Positions 39,001-49,144 of a stretch of DNA of 64,000 bases are shown here, piece after piece. The notes beneath the pieces are model-generated. The model saw nothing but the letters and a program-made list of their open reading frames with translations. It was not told where the DNA came from and did not search any database. The stretch lies in assembly GCA_002269645.1 (NCBI GenBank), contig NIVC01003179.1:1-64000 (forward strand). The letters run 5' to 3'. This DNA is from Macrostomum lignano (Eukaryota). A program made the position numbers and the translations under genes. Every line of letters starts with the position of its first letter. Position 1 is the first letter of the stretch.

Positions 39001-39411
39001 GCTGCATGGCGACACTGGCAACACTAATGATGAAGTGATATGTATACTGTATCAGCAAAATGCGATCACGATATAATTCTAGCCGCTTTAATTATAGCCT
39101 TGAGGTCGTCCGAACTCTAAAGCACTGATTAGCACATGTGCAGCCGCTATTGATCGAGTATACATTGCAAATCTGTCCATGCAATGCATGTGCATGTAAA
39201 TATCAGATAATAATCGTTTGTACGAGCCCCCGAATCAATATTTCGTTGGTTATCCTATAATAATATCGAATCTGATCAGCTACGTGGTGTGCTGATAATA
39301 TACTATACATGTATTGTCTATGGTAAAATACTAAGTCTAAATCAAAGAGGACTGATGGTTTAGGAAGAGAGAAGCAAGCTGTGAAATAAACAAGCCACAA
39401 ATTTTACCAAA

Positions 39412-40136
39412 ATGGAGGAGCTAACCGCTGACGATGTAATGGAAGTGATGCGAACGATTACCAATGAAGAAGCGTCTACAGTGCAAAGCACTAGCACCAA
39501 CGTTGACGTCCGGCTTGCCGAATTTAGAGACTTGCGAACTCCAAAAACAACGGCCACAAAGGTTCGTAGCAATTGGAATAAACTGTGCGCTTGGTATACT
39601 GACTGGCGAGTGCGCCAAACTGCTCAGTTGAAAGTTGTGAAGGATATGTTCGAGTGGAGCAAGAAGGAATGGGACTACGTGCTGCAGTGCTTTCTGCTTG
39701 AACTGCGCAAGGACAACGGAGATATGTACCCGCCTGCCACGATCAAAGATTTTGTCGCCAGTATCCAGTTCCACCTACAAACAAACCCATCACGAACAGT
39801 AGTCTGCGTCGGACCTGCAAGACTAGGTTGGTGGAAGGCGGCATCAGTAAGGAAATAGCAAGCCAGAAGACTGGAAGGATTACCGAAAAGGCTGACAGGT
39901 CCTACATCGACGTCCGTAAGTCAGAGAAGAACATGTCGGCAGTACTATATGGAGAGCCCACTGCCGCAGCCAAAACGAGCGGCGTGAGTGAGGTTGAAAC
40001 AGCAATTGCCAACGGCAACTCCAATATTTCCGGACCGCAGGCTTTGGCTCTAAGTCAACAATGGTCCGCCCCTGTACTAAACTTCTACGGGCCAACCACG
40101 ATCAATTTCAGTTCCCCGACAAACAAGATGCAATAG
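39412..40136 (+). mobile_element. Crypton (tyrosine-recombinase transposon) ORF remnant, internally deleted
   Basis: N-part RTPKTTATKVRSNWNKLCAWY..DYVLQCFLLELRKDNGDMYPPATIKDFVASIQFHL (DUF3504/KCTD1-ZMYM-type Crypton). In another frame, the C-part GGISKEIASQKTGRITEKADRSY matches the TGH-x-S..Y region. The central catalytic core is absent. Confidence 0.75.
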
Positions 40137-41767
40137 TGATAGCAATAAAAAGTTGTAGACTAACGAACTAAAACAACTATAACTGACTAAACGCTTGTTT
40201 ACCGTTTTAACGTTCAATAAATATACGTGTTCTTGTTTTACTATCAATTTTAAATTTGTCTATGGTAGCGGAGTTAACGCTACCAATAATCTCCGCGAGC
40301 TTAACACCGAGCTTAACACTAGGGACATAGGCAAGGCGAACAGACAAAGTTGATTAAATGTACATATGCGCATGAATGAAAAATCACCAGCCTGCGTTTT
40401 CGCCGAGTGTATTTAAACAAATTTCAACTATTCAAAATTCTTGTAGCATGTTTTTTGCAACAAGCATGCATGCATGCATGCATTAGTAGCTATAGTCGTT
40501 ATGGTACTTACATTGTTGAATGTTCTACTATTTCGCTTAGTAGGCCTAGCCTTGATAGTCTCTGCAAAATTACTTAATAGTCCTAGCAAAATTGTTTTGA
40601 GTATCCAAATATTCGCAAGAATAGTAAAGTTTATTTTAATTGTAATATGCCTATGGCCTATGACTATGGCTTCCATTTTCTATGCGGGTTTCGCCCTATG
40701 CTAACAGCTGTACAGCTATACTTTATAATTTATAATAATTATGTAAAAGTATGTCTTTATTGCATGAGTTTATGTTACATTACTTAGGCTTAGGCCTAAC
40801 TTTATTTAAACTTTGAGTTTCAAATTAAGCAAACATATTTTAGGATAAAAGATTGTAGGCCTACTCTAAACCCTCTAACTAGACTAACTTTCTAGGCCTA
40901 CTTAAAAACATTTTAATTGAAAAATGCATTTTTGAATTTTTTAGATGGGGAATATGGAAGTATCTCCCAAATTGCTATGCTTAAAGTAAACTAGCTGTCA
41001 ATGTTTTATATCTATTTAATCTTTGTGCTAGGCCTAACCATGTATTAATGGTCATTCTATAGGGCCTATAATAATGGTTGTAACATTTATACATTGTGAC
41101 TCATAAATCAATATGTTAATCATATTTATTGGCTTCAAATTTTTGCATATCTTAAAGCAAAATGTATGTATTATATAGGAAAATGAAATTCTATGAGTGC
41201 AAGTTATAAAAAATAAATAATTGAAGGCAAAATGATTGTAATGGTCATAACAAAAAAATGAAAAAGTTGAATGGGCTTAATTGTTTTCTAGAATTTACTT
41301 GATTTAGGGCCTACAACACTTAGAGGCACAAAGTTATAAAATAGTGCAAAAATTATGCAATTATGCTACATAATTGACAAGAATTAACTTGTGTTTTTAT
41401 CTGTTTATCTATTTGTTTGTTAGGCCTAATATGCTTAGTTATTATTAGGCCTAGCCTAGTTGGTTGCAAATAAATGCTAGGCCTAGGGCTAGGCCTTATG
41501 TCTTATAAACTAGTATAATATTTTTAGGCAGTTGTTATTTGTCTGGTGACCGGACGAATAGCAATGTGGTTATTTGTCCAGTTACTGGATCCTGACCATG
41601 CTTTCCTATTCATCCGGTTTATACCGGACAAATAGACATTTTGTTATTTGTCCGGTTAAATTGATAATGCTAAAATATCTAGTTCATAAAAACCACAAGG
41701 GTAAATATTCTTAGACTTCAAAGACTTCTTACTTGTATCTTGATTATTATATTGTTATACTAGTATG

Positions 41768-42535
41768 TGTGACAGGCCTTTTGGCTCTGTCTTTCTAAAC
41801 TTCTAACTATTAGTGTTTATTAAATATCCTACGAGCTGCCACCAAAGTTGTTACAGGCCTTTCACCTCTTACTTTATCAATTTTAATCCCACCGATTTGC
41901 CAACTACAGTTATCCTGATTATACTTGCTTTTACTCCCTAACTATTTCTTAGAATTTCATTTAAATATTTCTGGGTAGCGTTCTTAGTAGCGTTTCTGGT
42001 AGCGTTCTTAGTAGCGTTTCTGGTAGCTTATGGCTTGCTTTCTGGTAGCGTTCTAGTAGCTTATGGCCTGAGCGGTCTAGTACTGGTATATGTATTAGTG
42101 TATAGTCCTAATCGGGCGTTCACCGAGACTAGAGGGTCACGGCGCCTCTCTTGGTATATCTCCAAGAATTAGTCCCAATTCCCTTCTCTTAGCAAATTTC
42201 TTAGAATCGTTTCACAGGTTTTGCAAATAAATAAGTCGCTATTTAGCTCAAAGACTTTGAAATGGTTTAGATTGAACTGCTTATTCTGTTCGCAATTATT
42301 TGCTCACGAGTAAAAGACAGTTAGAGTATATTTGTCGCAAAACCGCTCCTATATATAGTGATTTTCCCCACATACGATTAAAACAAAAAAATAATTCTCC
42401 AATTTATTTCGCGCATTAAAACAAACTATTATTTGGCGTTCGCGTAGATTCAGTTTCTAAGAAAGATTCGAATATACAGTTATTACATTGAAAGAACATT
42501 CGAGTATACTATGATAAAGGCATAGCACTAGTACA
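41768..42535 (-). repeat. 3' LTR
   Basis: Matches 46066-46833 with no difference found by eye. Confidence 0.95.
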
Positions 42536-42819
42536 ACTTTCCTCCTCTATATATCAAATTTTGAACGAAATACTATATTATGTATACAGTGAAAAATTGA
42601 TATCGTAGGGAAATGCAGGTGAAAAGGTGCAAAGCAAGGTGCAGAAAACACAATTCAGTGCTAAAACAATTGGTGCATAAAATGGTTGTGATAGAACTAT
42701 TATGTAGGTAAACCATTAAAGTGAGAACTATTATGGAAGCAAAACGAACTATTATAAAAGTATTATAAAAGGCAAAATTGTTATTAAAGGCAACGCAAAA
42801 GTTAGTTCACCTCAATAGT

Positions 42820-43695
42820 TCAGATAAACATGCAGGGCTCCGGGAGGTCGCAATAGTAGGGCCAGCCGACTTGAGCGAAAAACCATCGGTACTCTTCGTC
42901 GAGGACCGTCAGCGCTGGCGGCGGGTTGGCTCTTATAGCTCGCTGGAGGCGATAGGCGACGTCCTGGAGAACAGCGACAGCTTCCTGGTAACTGAATTGA
43001 TCCCTCAGAAACTTCAGGTGTGTCCAGATTTGCGAGCATTGGGGGTAGCGCTGTCGGCTGTCGGATCGGTGGTACGCTACTTTCAGTGCGTATTGCTCAA
43101 TGTGGAAGCGTAGCTTTTCCACCTCTGCTCCGCGAGTCTCCACAAGTTCTCGGACGATGCGATGAAAATCTCTCTGCCAATTCGGTTGCTGCTGGCTCGG
43201 CTGTAGTGCTGATGGCTGGCTAGACTGCTGCGCTGATTGCAGGCTCGGCTGCAGCGCTGACTGCTGCGCTGATTGCAGGCTCGGCTGCGACGCTGGCTGC
43301 TGAGCTGGCGGTGTCGCAGCTGTCGATTTCTTCTGCCGTGGTGCCGGGGTCTTTCTCGATGATGGGGCAGCTGGCGGTGACACCAACTGCTGCGTTCGGC
43401 TTGATGTCGACGATCCTGGCGTGGCCTTGACAACATAGGAGCGCACGGGCGCAGCTGCCTGTGCTGCCACCAGGGCGGCGCGCTTCTGCTCGGGGCCTTC
43501 GACCCTCATTTGGCGGCAAGGCGATGAAGCTGGCGATGATGTTCTTGGCCGTTTGCTGGATACACCAGGCGCCTTTGGACGTGTTGCACATCGAAGCGGT
43601 GCCTCATTTTCGTCGGTGTTGGGCGCTGGCTGGGGCTCCATATCGTCTGACAGATTGCCAATTAACTCGTCCAAGATATCAATAGAGTTGTTCAT
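42820..43695 (-). CDS. Accessory ORF of the LTR element, unknown function (291 aa)
   Basis: Intact ATG-to-stop ORF. Disordered N-terminal half is basic and P/S/Q-rich; about 110 aa at the C-terminus look helical. Confidence 0.7.
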   Translation of the reverse strand: MNNSIDILDELIGNLSDDMEPQPAPNTDENEAPLRCATRPKAPGVSSKRPRTSSPASSPCRQMRVEGPEQKRAALVAAQAAAPVRSYVVKATPGSSTSSRTQQLVSPPAAPSSRKTPAPRQKKSTAATPPAQQPASQPSLQSAQQSALQPSLQSAQQSSQPSALQPSQQQPNWQRDFHRIVRELVETRGAEVEKLRFHIEQYALKVAYHRSDSRQRYPQCSQIWTHLKFLRDQFSYQEAVAVLQDVAYRLQRAIRANPPPALTVLDEEYRWFFAQVGWPYYCDLPEPCMFI

Positions 43696-43777
43696 TTTGA
43701 TTTCTCTGCGAATGGCTCTTAGAATAGAAAGGAAGCTAGCAGTGAGCTATGGGATCTGTGGGGCCTGCGGGGTGCTC

Positions 43778-43845
43778 GTATTTATAGGCTGGCGGGCCGA
43801 AAAACTGGACCTCTTCGAAGCACTCCCCTCGCGCGTGGGGCGGGG
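43778..43845 (-). promoter_or_regulatory. Candidate internal promoter (TATA box and GC box) for the accessory ORF
   Basis: TATAAATA at 43785-43778, 83 nt before the ATG. GGGGCGGGG at 43837-43845. Confidence 0.5.
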
Positions 43846-44095
43846 CATGCCAGATTTGACAGATTTGACAACTAAATTTTTATGGATTTTCTATTTCTTT
43901 TTATAACTTTTTTATTTTTTGATAGATTTTCTTGAGTAAAGTATCAAATTAAAGATCGCATTTTGTAGATTAATATGGTATTTACAGATTCGCTCTATGT
44001 ACAGCATGTCAAATTTTATAAGCAGATAAGTAATTCTAATACGGAATTTTAACTATTTAACACTGTTTCTTATGGGAAATTGCTTACGTCATGAT

Positions 44096-44569
44096 TTAAG
44101 GTGCTAAATATTTCGCGTAGCGCCTTCGGGGCACAAATCCTGTCGCGCCTTCTCTTTCTCTCCTTCGCTGAGTCATCCTAAAGTTATACCTATTCTCTGG
44201 CTGAACTCGTTCCTCCTCTAACTCTAATGCTCCTTCTTCTTCTTCTGATGGCTCATCTGAGTCAGTCGCTCTCTCTGTATTCTCACTGTTCAATTCTTCA
44301 TTTCCTTCGTTTTCACTCTGCGAATTCGGATCTGCGAATACTCTCCATTGAATTCTGTTTTCTTCGTCTGAGCTTTCCTCCTCTAAAATTTGAACTTCTG
44401 GAATTCTAACTTCTTTTTGTCTATGGCAAATTCTTTTCTTCGGCTTCGGCTGTTCTTTCTTCTTAGTTGACACTGGTGCTGGTTTTAAATTATTATTAAT
44501 TTCCTCTGGTAAATCAATTTCGGATTTCGGCACTGGAGTCAGATTATTTCTATGTTTCTCTTCGAACAA
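44096..44569 (-). pseudogene. Acidic, low-complexity tail of pol/integrase (remnant)
   Basis: E/D/S-rich sequence ending RYNFRMTQRRR..VPRRRYAKY, typical of Gypsy integrase C-terminal tails. No catalytic domain upstream. Confidence 0.45.
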
Positions 44570-45385
44570 CTTTGCAAATTCTCACAGCTTCTCCTCGAAA
44601 TCTCATCTTCATTTTCATCTCATCTCAACTCAACAACTTCTCGACTCAATATCTCAACTCGACCCTGACCTCTCGAAAGCTTCTCTGCTGAACTCATGCC
44701 AGCTACAGCTCTACTGTCACGGGTCCTACAACTCTTAACAAATTCTCAAATCTCGAATCTCCTTCCGCTATCTCAGTTTGGCCTCGTCAGTAGAATCATA
44801 GAAATTCTGTATTAATCTGCTCTTTAGGCCTTACTGCCCTTCCTTTCCTGCATGGCCTGACTCTCTGAACCTTTTTTGGCTCTTCTGAAAGCGTCATCGG
44901 CCTCTTCTTTCTGCCTTTGGCCAATCCGCAATTGGTCAGCATGCGTAGCTGTCCGCGCGTCATGCCAATCTCTGCAATCCAATCTTTTCGACAATTCTCT
45001 TCGCACAATTCTGCACAGTTCTCTCAGCATCAACTTCTCGTCAACTTCTCTGAGTAAAATAATCTTCCTTCAATGTTTTCAGTCCGAAATTGCAGTTCCC
45101 TGGCTTTCCTAAATAAGTTTCTTAGTAAAACGGCCCTTTTAAGGTCAAACGGCCCTTTTAAGGGTCACCTTCCTAAAATTTAATTATTTTATTTCTTTTA
45201 GACAGCTTATTTAATCAGTTGCCTTGCAACATGCCAACAAAATACCTCTTAATCAAATGTTTTTGGGTTTTTCTGAATTTTTTATTCGTTTTTATATTTA
45301 TGCATATATATTTGAAACATATTTACAGATTTGCTTTACAGACACTTTTAATTTGCTGATTCGCTTGAGTTCGCTCACTTTCTGA

Positions 45386-45964
45386 TTATGGCGGCTTCTG
45401 CTGGGCGTACCGATTGAAGTTGATTCGGCACTGGTGTCCTGCTTGAGGCCTAATGGGTCCTGGCTGGTTGCAGAAGAAGCAGTGACCAGGTGTCGGCTCT
45501 GGCCTGATTCCACTGAATCTGTTCAGGCGGCGCGGTCTTGGCACTGACTGCTGCTGCTGCCCTGTCTTTGGTTCTAGGCTAATGTTCGTTAGCACGAAGG
45601 TCAAGGTCATTAGACACTCTACTAATGCATCAATTCCCTCTTTTCGGTTCTGCTGCTTCGGCTCAAATTCTTCGATTATTCGTCGCCTAATTTCCTGATA
45701 CTGACTCTGCTCTTTTCTGTGACTGATTCGGCGTTTCAGTCCCTCTGGGATGTTTAGATTAGCAAAGAGAGCTTCCTTCTGTTTCTCGCCTGTAATCCCT
45801 TGGATTCTGCACTGCTGCTCAAACGTGTTCATCCACTGCCTAATGTTCTGACCAGGTGTGAACTTTTCTACTTGCACTTCAGCCTCCTTCGATCCTAACT
45901 TGAGATGTTTCCTCAGTTCCTCTGCCAGCATGGCGATGGCATCATTAGCCTGATTCTGATTCAT
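45386..45964 (-). CDS. Shortened Gag-like ORF
   Basis: VEKFTPGQNIRQWMNTFEQQCRIQG..KEALFANL (Gypsy gag capsid-like) and a broken zinc knuckle CFFCNQPGPIRPQAGHQC. Located directly after the PBS. Confidence 0.7.
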   Translation of the reverse strand: MNQNQANDAIAMLAEELRKHLKLGSKEAEVQVEKFTPGQNIRQWMNTFEQQCRIQGITGEKQKEALFANLNIPEGLKRRISHRKEQSQYQEIRRRIIEEFEPKQQNRKEGIDALVECLMTLTFVLTNISLEPKTGQQQQSVPRPRRLNRFSGIRPEPTPGHCFFCNQPGPIRPQAGHQCRINFNRYAQQKPP

Positions 45965-46065
45965 CTTTTCTCTACGAAAAACTTTTCAAATTATTCTTCG
46001 GAATTCTTCTGAATCTAGTTTTGAGAGTTCGCGCCGTTTCTCTAATCCTTATCGCTGCCACCAGC

Positions 46066-46833
46066 TGTGACAGGCCTTTTGGCTCTGTCTTTCTAAACTT
46101 CTAACTATTAGTGTTTATTAAATATCCTACGAGCTGCCACCAAAGTTGTTACAGGCCTTTCACCTCTTACTTTATCAATTTTAATCCCACCGATTTGCCA
46201 ACTACAGTTATCCTGATTATACTTGCTTTTACTCCCTAACTATTTCTTAGAATTTCATTTAAATATTTCTGGGTAGCGTTCTTAGTAGCGTTTCTGGTAG
46301 CGTTCTTAGTAGCGTTTCTGGTAGCTTATGGCTTGCTTTCTGGTAGCGTTCTAGTAGCTTATGGCCTGAGCGGTCTAGTACTGGTATATGTATTAGTGTA
46401 TAGTCCTAATCGGGCGTTCACCGAGACTAGAGGGTCACGGCGCCTCTCTTGGTATATCTCCAAGAATTAGTCCCAATTCCCTTCTCTTAGCAAATTTCTT
46501 AGAATCGTTTCACAGGTTTTGCAAATAAATAAGTCGCTATTTAGCTCAAAGACTTTGAAATGGTTTAGATTGAACTGCTTATTCTGTTCGCAATTATTTG
46601 CTCACGAGTAAAAGACAGTTAGAGTATATTTGTCGCAAAACCGCTCCTATATATAGTGATTTTCCCCACATACGATTAAAACAAAAAAATAATTCTCCAA
46701 TTTATTTCGCGCATTAAAACAAACTATTATTTGGCGTTCGCGTAGATTCAGTTTCTAAGAAAGATTCGAATATACAGTTATTACATTGAAAGAACATTCG
46801 AGTATACTATGATAAAGGCATAGCACTAGTACA
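46066..46833 (-). repeat. 5' LTR
   Basis: Followed on the minus strand by GC and the PBS. Confidence 0.95.
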
Positions 46834-49144
46834 TATGTGTCTTATACATCAAATTATGCCAAATTGAATACACTGTTTTGCTTACACTCTAGTATACAAG
46901 AAAATATTAATCATTATATGAGAAAAGGTCTTAAAAATCTAGAATATTCATCACGAAACAAATAAGATACTTGTGTTAGTAATTTAACCAGACAAATAGC
47001 AAAAAGGCTATTCGTCCGGTCACCGGACAAATAACAACTGACATATTTTTAATATATAATAATACAATTATTCCATTTAATTAAGGCTAGACTTAGAGAT
47101 ATAGCCACCATTTCTATAAGTTTTTTAATTATAGACAGCCGTCATGTCTCTAATAGTGCTTAAGTCTATACTTATAGACAGCTAGGCCACCATGTCCATA
47201 ATATTAGAGCTTATAAACATAGCAAGTTGTGACCATATCTATACAATATAGAATGCATCTTATACTGATGATAGTGGCCATGTCTATAATACATACACAG
47301 TGCCAGCAGCAGTATCATTAGGCCTAATATTGAATGGAAAATGAATTTACCATGTGTGCTTAACATTAGGGCCTATAGACATGGTAGCCATGCCTATAAG
47401 CTCTAGCATTATAGACATGGCCACTATGTCTATAAGTACTCTGTTCAGTTAAAGCTAGAAAGTGGAAGTAATAAATATTATTATAATGAAACTTTGAAAC
47501 AAATAATTATTAGCAAAATAATAAAAAAGATATATCATTTTAGCAATAGTATTTTTAAAGATAAAATTTATCATGATTAATAATAACTTTTAGCAACTTG
47601 GAAACTATAGAGTATAATATATAAGAAAATCATATTTTCATAAAATTTGTGTATAAGACAACTTATAATTATAAGATTTTATAAAATTCAAACAATAATA
47701 TACTATTGATATTGCACTCATACATGCGCAACTGCTGGCCGACCTGGCCGATCTGGCCACCATAAATTGTGGTGGACCAGGGGTAAGTTGCAAAAATGCC
47801 CAGCCTAAAGAATACAGACGTAGTACTAATTAGATGACGAGGCATTTGGCCCTTATAAGACAGTTATAGTTACTCCTGCCGTTTACCCAAAATTGCATTA
47901 GGGTTTCTTTCACAGGTAAGTCGCATTTTTGGTCAAAAAGTAAGTCGCATGGCCAGTGTAAATCAGGGGGTTGCGCATGTATGATTGCACTTTTAGTAAT
48001 AGTTAGCAAAATATCACTAATGAGATAAACATAAAATATAATATATTTATATATATGCATTATGACATAAAGAGATGAGAGATATCTCAGAAAACTATTT
48101 CTTTGCACAAGCTTTTTTACAATTCAAATCACTTTTCAGCAACAGTTTCCTGCATGTTTTTATCTGGGTCTTGTAATAGTGGCCTTGATAGCAATAACTA
48201 TGAATCTTGCTAGCCTTGATAAACTTAATAATGTTATTGGTTGCATACCAACCTAGCAGGAGACTTTGCAGTTCTCATTCTCTTATTTGGGAGGCTAGAC
48301 TGGGCTGACTTGAAATAAGCAGCAAAGGGACAGACTGACAAAGGAGGGGTAGATGATGTAAGGTGGAGCTTCAAAGCAGCAATATAAGTGTAGTAGTGAT
48401 GCAATTTTTGTACTTAAACTAATAATAATATCCATTGAAAATTTTACTGTGGCAAGAATCACTAGTGTCTATTCAAATAACCCGCTAGTGACTCTGTTGA
48501 CTCTGGGTACTTTTATGACTGTGACTCAAATAACTGCAAAGTAATAGACTGAGATAGTGAGTGACTGATGGAATAGTAAAGAATCACAAAATTCATTACT
48601 CAAGAAGTGTGTTAGTGCTAAATTTTCTATGAGTACTAACTCAAGTAGACTAAACAGAGTTTTTTTAAGATGCGAAATGTGATTTCAATTCATAAATTGA
48701 CTCAGATGTGCTTTAGATGCCACTCAGTGATTCTATAGCTACTAAAGCATGCCTCATATACAACTCTATGGCCCCAGAGAGTTGCAGACAATAAAATGTC
48801 CTTAACTACCTTGAGGCGACTTGTACTGGGACATCTCGTTGTTTTTAGAGTCCTAGGGCCTAGGGGCACTTCTTTCCCATTTTACCTGTGTTACCTGCAA
48901 CGACTCCGAAACGACTCTGGGACTACGAAAGTGACTGCGCCTTAGCGCCTAGATACCGTTTTCATTGGGATATGATTGTTTAGCAATGAACCAATTAGTT
49001 ATACTCAGAAATGAAGTTTAAAACGTACATGAATAATTAATCGCTTATAACTATCCTAGGCCTAAATGAAAGATGTTTGACTTGTAATGTCCCACCAAAA
49101 AATTGATTAATTTCAAATTTATCAATTGCTGCAACCGTGGCCAA

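Larger units (their letters stand above)
41768..46833 (-). mobile_element. Non-autonomous Gypsy-type LTR retroelement (5.07 kb, no RT/RNase H/IN core)
   Basis: 768-bp LTRs 41768-42535 and 46066-46833 with TG..CA ends and 4-bp TSD TATG. PBS TGGTGGCAGCGA (46063-46052, tRNA-Leu-like). PPT ATATAGAGGAGGAAAGT abutting the 3' LTR. Confidence 0.95.
41529..47040. mobile_element. Small TIR element (~440 bp once the insert is removed) hosting the LTR element
   Basis: 34-bp TIR CAGTTGTTATTTGTCTGGTGACCGGACGAATAGC at 41529 and its inverse ending at 47040. Confidence 0.75.
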
